From: an uncultured Candidatus Saccharibacteria bacterium
Lineage (GTDB): Bacteria > Patescibacteriota > Doudnabacteria > UBA920
Assembly (NCBI GenBank): GCA_964477805.1
Contig: CAYZEK010000001.1
Location: 53,510 to 111,605 of the forward strand
DNA length: 58,096 bases
Direction: 5' to 3'
In this document: positions 45,891 to 54,084 of the stretch, piece by piece
How the letters are laid out: every line of letters begins with the position of its first letter
Numbering within the stretch: position 1 is the first letter of the stretch
Position numbers and translations under genes: made by a program
Notes under the pieces: generated by a model
Seen by the model: only the letters and a program-made list of their open reading frames with translations
Database searches by the model: none
Told to the model about the DNA's origin: nothing

Positions 45891-46943
45891 TTACATTAAC
45901 CGGTTGATTTTTCTAAAGACATTATACAAAAAATACCATTTTGAATCTATGATCATATCCTTGGCTTCTGGATAAAATTTTTCTATTCCACCCCAACGTT
46001 TTTTAAATTGTACAAAGCCAGCAGATTTTCCGGTAGCAGTTTCTGTTCCCCACCAGTCGTAACGAGTTAGTCCTAAAGTTTTTGCATCACAGATTGCTTG
46101 CCAGTGCAATGCATAAGGAGCCATCAAGTTTTTATTTATATCTTCACTTCCACCGAATAGGTAGGTCCTGGTAGTGCCGTGGTCAATCATTATTGCGCTG
46201 GCAATGCACTTGTTATCATACAAAGCTTCGTATGTAGTAATTTTGCAATCGGAATTTTTTTTCTCCCCTAGCTTATTTTCGCTAGCAAAATAAGAGATTA
46301 AATTAAAATAATAGGAATCCGGATGAGATTTATACCTCTGCCTTTTGCTAGTTTTACCAAGCAAAGCAATTGCTTCTCTCGGTGATTTTTCTATGTGCCG
46401 TACAACAACATTATGTTTTGAAGCAACCTTAATGTTATAACGGGTTTTGTGGTGCATGTTTTTGAGCAACGCGTCTTCTGAAATAGAGATATCTGTAATT
46501 AAAGTTGATCGTGGTTGGATATGTATAGTCAGTTTGCCTTCAAGTGGGAAATCGTCTTTCGGTTCAAAACGTATAAACCAAGCTTTAGCGAAATCTTTTT
46601 TAATCTGAGAAATCAATGCCGAAATAATCTGCGAAGGCTCTGTTGTCTGAAAATCATTTGCAGGGTTTGGCTCTGTAATTAATGGGCCGTATGGTGAGTA
46701 CAAATATACACCAGGTAGGTGGGGGACTTTGACAATTAAAAGTTGAATCGTTGCCAAAAGATGCTCCGTGCTTGTTTTGGCAGAAGTATCTTCCGAAAAA
46801 ACTCCGTACCTAACTACACTTTTGCCAATGCTAGTTTGGAATTCTCCCCAAGACCAGCTTTGCAAAAAAGAACCACTTGGATGAGTGGCTACGAATTCAG
46901 AGTATTTTTGTTGATGTTCCGACTGAAGACGAACAACGCGCAT
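45891..46943 (-). CDS. FemAB family peptidoglycan bridge-formation aminoacyltransferase
   Basis: 350 aa. FLQSWSWGEFQ and YLFGGS... are typical of lipid II:amino acid transferases (FemX/MurM type). Confidence 0.8.
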   Translation of the reverse strand: MRVVRLQSEHQQKYSEFVATHPSGSFLQSWSWGEFQTSIGKSVVRYGVFSEDTSAKTSTEHLLATIQLLIVKVPHLPGVYLYSPYGPLITEPNPANDFQTTEPSQIISALISQIKKDFAKAWFIRFEPKDDFPLEGKLTIHIQPRSTLITDISISEDALLKNMHHKTRYNIKVASKHNVVVRHIEKSPREAIALLGKTSKRQRYKSHPDSYYFNLISYFASENKLGEKKNSDCKITTYEALYDNKCIASAIMIDHGTTRTYLFGGSEDINKNLMAPYALHWQAICDAKTLGLTRYDWWGTETATGKSAGFVQFKKRWGGIEKFYPEAKDMIIDSKWYFLYNVFRKINRLM

Positions 46944-46955
46944 ATTTAATTGAGG

Positions 46956-47519
46956 TTAATGACGACTTAAAAGTTTCAGGGCGTGTTTAAGTTGTGTGGT
47001 AGTGTCTGCTTCTAGATCTAGTTGGGTGAGCGTTTCACGGATTTCGCGTGGATTATACCCGAGTCCAATCAGAGCGTCATAGACTTCATTGCTTGAATAA
47101 CTACCAGCTTCTAATAAACCACCACTGGTAACTTTATTTTTTAACTCTAAAATGATTCGTTCCGCTGTTTTTTTGCCTACCCCCGACATTCTTGTAAAAA
47201 TTTCTGTATCGGCATTCATAATTGCTTGTTGCAACAAATCAATTTTTGTAGCACTAATAATAGTTAAAGCCATTTTTGGGCCAACGCCTGTCACTGAAAT
47301 CAGCATCTCAAAGAATTCCAGACTAGGGAAGTCAGGTGTTCCGAATAAAATTTGTCCATCATCACCACTTTTATGATATATATAGAGCTCAATGAGGTTT
47401 CCTAATGGTTTTTCTAGAATTTCTGGGATAGTAAAAACTTTATAACCAATATCTCCTTGTTGAAGTACTATATATTGAGGGGTTTTTTGTAAGATTTTAC
47501 CTTTTAAATACGCAATCAT
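46956..47519 (-). CDS. ruvA: Holliday junction DNA helicase RuvA
   Basis: 187 aa. MIAYLKGK.., HhH motifs (VTGVGPKMAL, SGVGKKTAERI) and C-terminal domain III. Confidence 0.9.
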   Translation of the reverse strand: MIAYLKGKILQKTPQYIVLQQGDIGYKVFTIPEILEKPLGNLIELYIYHKSGDDGQILFGTPDFPSLEFFEMLISVTGVGPKMALTIISATKIDLLQQAIMNADTEIFTRMSGVGKKTAERIILELKNKVTSGGLLEAGSYSSNEVYDALIGLGYNPREIRETLTQLDLEADTTTQLKHALKLLSRH

Positions 47520-47526
47520 ATCTTAT

Positions 47527-47535
47527 ATTGTAACA
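47527..47535 (-). promoter_or_regulatory. extended -10 (TGtTACAAT) 7 nt upstream of the ruvA ATG
   Basis: The complement of 47527-47535 is TGTTACAAT. ATAAGAT then precedes the ATG. Confidence 0.45.
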
Positions 47536-47552
47536 TAAAAGTATAAAAAAGC

Positions 47553-47581
47553 TTGATTTTTTTAATAAAATGTGTTAAAAT
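47553..47581 (+). promoter_or_regulatory. promoter TTGATT-17-TGtTAAAAT for the surface-protein gene
   Basis: -35 at 47553-47558 and -10 at 47576-47581. Confidence 0.5.
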
Positions 47582-47651
47582 AGCAGTAGAAGGTGAGAAA
47601 AACTCATATTCTCTAACGAAATCAAAACCAAAAAACAATTAAATAACAAAT

Positions 47652-50105
47652 ATGGACGAAGTGCAGTATATTGTACCTCCTGAGAATAATCTTCCAGGAA
47701 ATTCAAACAACCATAATAACCCTAAAATTCTCCCACCAAAAAAACCAAACAAAGTTTTGGTTTGGGTGAAATCCCATAAAATACTTTCCATTGCTTCCAT
47801 GGCCATGGCGGGTATTATCGTACTGGCATCGGTGGTGATGATTACAGATAAGCAAATATCAATTTTTGGATTCCAACTAAATCCATTGTATGATCAAGCT
47901 AATGTTCTTTCTCCTTGCTCATACAGCGATCTGGAGTGTTTAAACAGCCAACAAAGCATTCCATCGCCTGGTCCAGGTGAAGAAACTCCACTTCCTCCAA
48001 CCAACCCTCCAACCAACCCTCCAACTACTCCAGGTGGACAACAAGCTTCTCCTGCTGGGTTCCAAATTACAGTACGTGATAATGGTTGTACAGATCAAGA
48101 ACGGACTTCGTCTGTTATTGGTGCAAATAGTTCTGGGAATGTTACTGATGCAAATGCCAAAGACCCAGATTGCGCGAGTGTAAATTTTAATGCAGGAAAT
48201 GTAAATGGTGTCCCTCAAAATGATTCTATTTATACTAATGACTTTCGTTTAGGTGTGCGCGTTGCTGAAAGCGAAAGTAATTGTACTAATCAAATTGATG
48301 GTTCTATCAAATGGACTGGCTGGGCTTCTGATGGCGGTAGTACAAGCCCTCAAGCTGTTGGAACTGCAACTTCAAATGATCCAGATTGTATTTGGTTACA
48401 TTATGAGACCAGGCCAATGCCAGCTGGTAAAGGTATTCGTGATGTGCGAATTGGAATCGCCAGCGGTGGCAATACACAGTTTACTCCGTGGGCACGTGCT
48501 GGTGGCGGTGCTTCAGCTTTTTCTAGTGGTGGGAATATTCGCCCAACAACTATTACCATTGATGCACAAACTATTACTACTAGTACGCCACCAACCACAC
48601 CACCAACTACTCCAACAGGAATCTCAATAAGTGGTTCAATACCAAATGGTATTGTAGGACAGCAAACAACTGCAGTTTTATCTGTGACAGGTTCTGTACA
48701 AACTCCGTGTACATGGACTCTGGTTTCTATTAATCCAGCAGTGAATAATGCAACGATTAATGCATCTGAAAGTAGCGGACCTGATGGTACTTTTATGGCT
48801 ACCCCAACAACTGCTGGAACTTATCAGGTTGCAATACGAGCAACTTGTGGTGGCGGTCAGGTTGCGAATGTAACCCTGCCATGGGTAGTAAATCCAATAA
48901 CTTCTGGACCAGGTGGCGAACGATTTTCTATAAATGGCACATTCCCAGCTGGTGTAGTCGGACAAGATTATGCAACCAGACTCCGTACTGTAGGTGCAAA
49001 TACTTCAAATTGTACATGGACGTTGGTATCGGTGATTCCAGGAGTTAGAGGGGCATCTATCTCTCGAGTAGAATCAGATAATAACGGTTCTGAGTCATCG
49101 GCAGATTACAAAGCTACTCCAACTGCTGTTGGTTTATATAAAGTTACAGTTTCTGCCAATTGTGGTGCTTCTGGTACAGCTCAAAAAGTTTTTGATTGGG
49201 TTGTTGGCAAAACTGGAACTGGTGGTGGTGGAAGTTCCAATTCATGTTTTGATCAGACAACTCTTGATAAGCTTTCGGCTATCTATCGTTATTGGTCACC
49301 AGCATATGGCGATCATTTGTACACGACTAATCCGAATGAAAAGCCGAATGGCTATCGTTTTGAAGGAATTTCTGGTTATGTATTTGCTGAACAAAAACCC
49401 AATACCGTACCTATTTATCGCAGTGCTCAACGTCAGATAGGCTCGCACTATTATACAACCACAAATGAAGATCCGACACAGTATGGTTATGTTGATGAAG
49501 GAATTTTAGGATATGCATATGCAAGTTCTGTGGCTGGCTCTGCTCCTTGGTATCGCATGCATAAAGGTGGGGACACTAGTGATTATGTTCATACTCTCTC
49601 AGAAGCAGAGAGAAGTGCTATTAAAGAACTTGGTTATGCGGATGAGGGGACTGTCGCATATATCTGTGGAAACAGTCAGCCAACCGAACTACAACCGTTA
49701 TTCCGTTTGTGGGGACCAGCTGATGGCGACCATTTTTACACTACTAACTTTTCTGAACGCGATGGTTTATTAACTAGAAATTACTTTTCAGAAGGAATTA
49801 CTGGATATATGTATGGGGTGCGGAAAGATGGCAGTGCGCCATTATATCGATCTTATAGCCATGCAATTGGTGACCACCTATACACTACAAGCGAATCTGA
49901 GGCACATACTCCCGGCTATTCTTATGAGGGAATAATGGGATATATTTCACAAACTGATTCTGATAAAACCACGCCTATATATAGGTTATATAGTTCAGCA
50001 ATTGGTGACCACTTTTATACCACTAGCAGTACCGAAGCAGCTTCGGCAATAGCTTCTGGCTATTTGGGCGAAGGTATTGCTGGTTATTTGTACCTTTCCC
50101 AATAA
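47652..50105 (+). CDS. large membrane-anchored modular surface protein
   Basis: 817 aa. Layout: N-terminal TM anchor, PTN linker, a duplicated Cys-containing module (two ..DPDC.. motifs), a PT linker, two homologous modules of about 95 aa that look Ig-like, a Gly linker, then six GDHFYTT..GY..EGI.GY repeats. Confidence 0.8.
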   Translation: MDEVQYIVPPENNLPGNSNNHNNPKILPPKKPNKVLVWVKSHKILSIASMAMAGIIVLASVVMITDKQISIFGFQLNPLYDQANVLSPCSYSDLECLNSQQSIPSPGPGEETPLPPTNPPTNPPTTPGGQQASPAGFQITVRDNGCTDQERTSSVIGANSSGNVTDANAKDPDCASVNFNAGNVNGVPQNDSIYTNDFRLGVRVAESESNCTNQIDGSIKWTGWASDGGSTSPQAVGTATSNDPDCIWLHYETRPMPAGKGIRDVRIGIASGGNTQFTPWARAGGGASAFSSGGNIRPTTITIDAQTITTSTPPTTPPTTPTGISISGSIPNGIVGQQTTAVLSVTGSVQTPCTWTLVSINPAVNNATINASESSGPDGTFMATPTTAGTYQVAIRATCGGGQVANVTLPWVVNPITSGPGGERFSINGTFPAGVVGQDYATRLRTVGANTSNCTWTLVSVIPGVRGASISRVESDNNGSESSADYKATPTAVGLYKVTVSANCGASGTAQKVFDWVVGKTGTGGGGSSNSCFDQTTLDKLSAIYRYWSPAYGDHLYTTNPNEKPNGYRFEGISGYVFAEQKPNTVPIYRSAQRQIGSHYYTTTNEDPTQYGYVDEGILGYAYASSVAGSAPWYRMHKGGDTSDYVHTLSEAERSAIKELGYADEGTVAYICGNSQPTELQPLFRLWGPADGDHFYTTNFSERDGLLTRNYFSEGITGYMYGVRKDGSAPLYRSYSHAIGDHLYTTSESEAHTPGYSYEGIMGYISQTDSDKTTPIYRLYSSAIGDHFYTTSSTEAASAIASGYLGEGIAGYLYLSQ
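47994..48032 (+). repeat. in-frame tandem 12-nt repeat (CCTCCAACCAAC x2 plus a variant) encoding PPTNPPTNPPTTP
   Basis: Direct reading of 47994-48032. Confidence 0.9.
49281..50102 (+). repeat. six tandem protein repeats of about 45 aa (YR....GDH[FL]YTT...E.....GY..EGI.GY)
   Basis: Repeats start at IYRYW, PIYRSA, PWYRMH, PLFRLW, PLYRSY and PIYRLY. The third copy is degenerate (SDYVHTL). Confidence 0.85.
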
Positions 50106-50125
50106 AAATCAATAAAACTTAAGAA

Positions 50126-50180
50126 AACCGCATTATTTGGATGTACTTGATGTCAAAAACTCCAAATATTGCGGTTTTTT
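50126..50180 (+). terminator. strong intrinsic terminator after the surface-protein gene
   Basis: 14-bp stem (AACCGCATTATTTGG / CCAAATATTGCGGTT, one mismatch) with a 21-nt loop, followed by TTTTTT. Confidence 0.8.
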
Positions 50181-50211
50181 AATTATTTCATAATATTTTC
50201 TTCAGATTTAC

Positions 50212-50239
50212 TTGACAAAATATTCTTGACACCTATAAT
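50212..50239 (+). promoter_or_regulatory. consensus promoter TTGACA-16-TATAAT about 310 nt upstream of rpoB
   Basis: -35 at 50212-50217 and -10 at 50234-50239. A second TTGACA lies at 50226-50231. Confidence 0.6.
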
Positions 50240-50550
50240 AAATAGGTGCACAAATACATAGAAAAATAAGGCGAAATAATATGCCCTTTTTTGCGTTTGC
50301 GAAATAAGGTCTTTTTTGTTCTCATAGATACACCCGAATATTGGTAGATTTATACTTTTTTAATGCTTTAACCCCTTAAGGGGTAATATGTAAGACGATT
50401 CTATAAATTTAGATTCGTTTGCTGAAAATAAAAATTCTTTTAAATAAGCTATTTTAATCAATTTAAAAATACCATAAATTGATTGAGTTAAATTTATAAT
50501 TAATATACGCACCAAAGTTTATCCTGGCTTTTGGTGTGTGGGTGTATCCT

Positions 50551-53500
50551 ATGCAAAACAAGTCCAAGCCAAGTCCTAAAAAAATTGGTAGTGTAGCCGT
50601 GCCGGGCGAAGCTCCAATTCAACGTAAATTTTTTACTAAACAACATGATATCGCGGCAGTTCCAAATTTGATCGAAGTCCAACTTAATTCTTACAAGTGG
50701 TTTTTTGAACAAGGCTTGAAAGAATTGTTGGCAGAAATTAATCCAATCAAAGACTTTACAGGAAAAAATTTAGAACTTTCATTTGGGGATTATTTTTTTG
50801 ATAAACCAAAGTACGACGAAAATACTTCTCGAGAACGAAATACAACTTACGAAGCTCCGTTATATGTGAGCGCTAAATTAATTAATAAAGTGACAGGAAA
50901 AACCAAAACACAAGATGTGTATTTTGGTGATTTTCCATTGCTAACACCACGCGGTACTTTTGTGATCAATGGTGTTGAGCGTGTAGTAGTCTCTCAGTTA
51001 ATTAAATCTCCTGGCGTATTTTTTACTAATGAATATGTAAATGGTAAGTATATGTATGGGGCAAAGATAGTACCGAATCGCGGAGCGTGGTTGGAGCTTG
51101 ATACAGACAAAGCTGGTGTGATTGGTGTGAAGATTGACCGTAAGCGTCGTATTCCAATAACAGCGTTGTTGCGTGTGTTCGGATTATCTTCGAATGAAGA
51201 AATTTTAGAAGCATTCAAAGATGTTGATACTAATCCTGAAATGAAGTTTATTGCCACAACACTTGAAAAGGATGTAAGTACAAATGCTGACGAAGGTTTT
51301 AAAGAGGTATATAAACGTATTCGTCCTGGTGATCTGGCAACAGTAGATAATGCTCGTTCTTTAATTACCCAGATGTTCTTTAATTATGAGCGCTACGATC
51401 TATCTGAGGTCGGTCGTTACAAATTTAACCAACGTCTTGATGAATATATAAATCAAAAAGAAGACAGTCGAATGCTAACCCTAGAAGACATCACTGCTGT
51501 TGTTAAAGAAATTATTCGACTTTCAAATACTCAAGGACCAGCTGATGATATTGACCACTTGGCAAATCGTCGTATTCGCGCTGCGGGAGAATTAATTCAA
51601 ACTCGCTATCGTGTTGGACTTGCTCGCATGAGTCGTATTGTAAAGGATCGTATGTCTCTTGCGGATCTTGAGACCGTTACCCCAGCCCAACTTATTCATG
51701 TCCGTCCGATTGTAGCAAGCATGCAGGAATTTTTTTCATCTTCCCAGCTTTCTCAGTTCATGGATCAAACAAATCCGTTGGCAGAACTTGAACACAAGCG
51801 TCGTTTATCTGCTATGGGTCCTGGTGGTTTATCTCGTGAACGCGCTGGTTTTGAAGTGCGTGACGTACACCGTTCTCATTATGGACGACTTTGTCCAATC
51901 ACAACCCCAGAAGGTCCAAACATTGGACTGGTTGCTCATTTAGCGACTTATGCAAAAATTAATGACTTTGGTTTCATAGAAACTCCCTATCGTCATATCA
52001 AGCGTTATGCAAAAAATGATGGGAAAGATGTGATTGATGAAATTGCCTTGTTTGATGTAAAAGACTCTAAGGAAAACAATGGATCAGTGATTGTTTCAGC
52101 TGGGACAGTAATGACAGAAGCTGATGCAAAAAAGTTGGCCAAGGTTCAAGATTTAGATCAAATTCGTATTAAGGCGCGTATTACAAAAAAAGTTGAATAT
52201 ATGGATGCGCACCAAGAAGAAAAATTAACCATTGCTCCTGCTAACTTAAATATTACCGAAGATGGTTATTTTGCAGATGCGCGTGCTTCTGTTCGTGTAA
52301 ATGGAACCCCAACGATTGCCGATACGAATGAAATTGATTTACTGGATGTATCTCCAAAGCAAATTATCTCTGTAACAACTTCTTTAATTCCATTTTTGGA
52401 ACATGATGATGCTAACCGCGCTTTGATGGGATCAAACATGCAACGTCAAGCTGTTTCTTGTATTGTGCCACGCGCCCCTGTTGTGGGAACTGGTATGGAG
52501 GCAAAAGCAGCGCGTGATTCTGGACAGGTGATTATTGCCCAAGAGGATGGCGAGGTGACTTCTGTAGTAGGGGATAAAATTATCGTCAAAGGCGTATCAG
52601 GAAAGAATATAGAATATCCGTTATTGAAATTCATTCGTACCAATAGTGGCACCTCGATTAACCAAATCAATCGTGTTCAAAAAGGACAGAAAGTGAAGGC
52701 TGGGGATGTGTTGGCAGACGGAACATCAACTGAACGAGGTGAATTAGCTTTAGGGCAAAATGTGCTTGTGGCTTTTATGTCTTGGGAAGGCGGTAACTAT
52801 GAAGATGCGATTTTGCTTTCTTCTCGTTTGGTGCAAGATGATTATTATACTTCAATTCATATTGAAGACTTTAAAATTGATATTCGTGATACCAAACTTG
52901 GTCCAGAAGTTGTTACTCGGGATATTCCAAATGTTGGAGAGGAAAAACTCAAGAATTTAGACGAACAAGGAATTGTTCGTATTGGTGCACAAGTTAAATC
53001 CGGTGATATTCTAGTTGGAAAAATCACACCAAAAGGTGAGACTGACTTAACAGCAGAGGAAAAACTTTTGCGAGTAATTTTTGGTGAGAAATCTCGGGAT
53101 GTAAAAGATACTTCTCTCACATTACCTCACGGTGAATATGGTAAGGTCGTGAATATTCGGGAATTTTCCCGTGATAATGGAGACAAGTTGCAATCTGGTG
53201 TGATTCGTTCTATTCAGGTTTCAATAGCCGTGCTTCGTAAGATTCAAGTTGGCGATAAGATGGCTGGTCGTCATGGTAATAAAGGTATTATCTCTCGTAT
53301 TGTTCCAGCAGAGGATATGCCTTTTATGGCAGACGGAACCCCAGTTGATATTATTTTAAATCCACTTGGTATTGTGTCTCGTATGAACCTTGGGCAGGTA
53401 TTGGAAACCCACTTAGGTTTTGCTGCTCATAAACTTGGATACCATGTAGCTACACCGGTGCTTGATGGTGTGACAGAGGAGCAGATTAAGGCCGAACTAC

Positions 53501-54072
53501 AAAAAGCTGGCGTACCAGAAAATGGGAAGGTAACCTTGTTTGATGGCAAAACTGGAGAAGCATTTGATGAACCTGTCATGGTTGGAATTAAATATTTCTT
53601 AAAGCTTCATCATCTGGTAGATGATAAAATGCATGCTCGTTCAACCGGTCCATACAGCTTAATTACACAACAACCTCTTGGTGGTAAAGCTCAGATGGGT
53701 GGACAGCGATTTGGGGAAATGGAAGTGTGGGCGTTGGAAGGTTATGGTGCCGCACACACCCTTCAGGAAATGCTAACGATCAAATCGGATGACGTAGTTG
53801 GTAGAAGTAAAACTTACGAAGCAATTGTCAAAGGTGAGCCAATCAAGAAACCGAATGTACCAGAAAGCTTCCGGGTGTTAATTAAAGAATTGCAAAGTCT
53901 TGGGTTAGATGTTGATTTGCTCGGGACAAATGGATCAATGAGTATGCAAGATGCTATTCCTCAAGATTCTGAAGATCAAGAATTATCCACTGTTGCTGTA
54001 GTCGAAGCACAGTCAGGACCTTCTCTGTTTGATGAACCAGAGAAGAAAAAAAAGAAGGTAAAGAAAGAATAA
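50551..54072 (+). CDS. rpoB: DNA-directed RNA polymerase subunit beta
   Basis: About 1173 aa from the ATG at 50551 (the ORF track begins at an upstream non-ATG codon). Conserved blocks include the rifampicin-binding region FFSSSQLSQFMDQTNPL, NMQRQAV and GRHGNKG. Confidence 0.97.
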   Translation: MQNKSKPSPKKIGSVAVPGEAPIQRKFFTKQHDIAAVPNLIEVQLNSYKWFFEQGLKELLAEINPIKDFTGKNLELSFGDYFFDKPKYDENTSRERNTTYEAPLYVSAKLINKVTGKTKTQDVYFGDFPLLTPRGTFVINGVERVVVSQLIKSPGVFFTNEYVNGKYMYGAKIVPNRGAWLELDTDKAGVIGVKIDRKRRIPITALLRVFGLSSNEEILEAFKDVDTNPEMKFIATTLEKDVSTNADEGFKEVYKRIRPGDLATVDNARSLITQMFFNYERYDLSEVGRYKFNQRLDEYINQKEDSRMLTLEDITAVVKEIIRLSNTQGPADDIDHLANRRIRAAGELIQTRYRVGLARMSRIVKDRMSLADLETVTPAQLIHVRPIVASMQEFFSSSQLSQFMDQTNPLAELEHKRRLSAMGPGGLSRERAGFEVRDVHRSHYGRLCPITTPEGPNIGLVAHLATYAKINDFGFIETPYRHIKRYAKNDGKDVIDEIALFDVKDSKENNGSVIVSAGTVMTEADAKKLAKVQDLDQIRIKARITKKVEYMDAHQEEKLTIAPANLNITEDGYFADARASVRVNGTPTIADTNEIDLLDVSPKQIISVTTSLIPFLEHDDANRALMGSNMQRQAVSCIVPRAPVVGTGMEAKAARDSGQVIIAQEDGEVTSVVGDKIIVKGVSGKNIEYPLLKFIRTNSGTSINQINRVQKGQKVKAGDVLADGTSTERGELALGQNVLVAFMSWEGGNYEDAILLSSRLVQDDYYTSIHIEDFKIDIRDTKLGPEVVTRDIPNVGEEKLKNLDEQGIVRIGAQVKSGDILVGKITPKGETDLTAEEKLLRVIFGEKSRDVKDTSLTLPHGEYGKVVNIREFSRDNGDKLQSGVIRSIQVSIAVLRKIQVGDKMAGRHGNKGIISRIVPAEDMPFMADGTPVDIILNPLGIVSRMNLGQVLETHLGFAAHKLGYHVATPVLDGVTEEQIKAELQKAGVPENGKVTLFDGKTGEAFDEPVMVGIKYFLKLHHLVDDKMHARSTGPYSLITQQPLGGKAQMGGQRFGEMEVWALEGYGAAHTLQEMLTIKSDDVVGRSKTYEAIVKGEPIKKPNVPESFRVLIKELQSLGLDVDLLGTNGSMSMQDAIPQDSEDQELSTVAVVEAQSGPSLFDEPEKKKKKVKKE

Positions 54073-54084
54073 TTTTTTAACCAT

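Noticed and set aside
47652-50105. Diversity-generating retroelement targeting the surface protein
   Set aside because: No reverse transcriptase gene and no template-repeat copy of any part of the gene are visible in the window. The internal repeats are divergent at the protein level and are not near-identical DNA copies.
50536-50550. Upstream extension of rpoB (MWVYP...) given by the ORF track
   Set aside because: The extension begins at a non-ATG codon. The first ATG at 50551 (MQNKSKPSPKK...) is preferred as the more parsimonious start.
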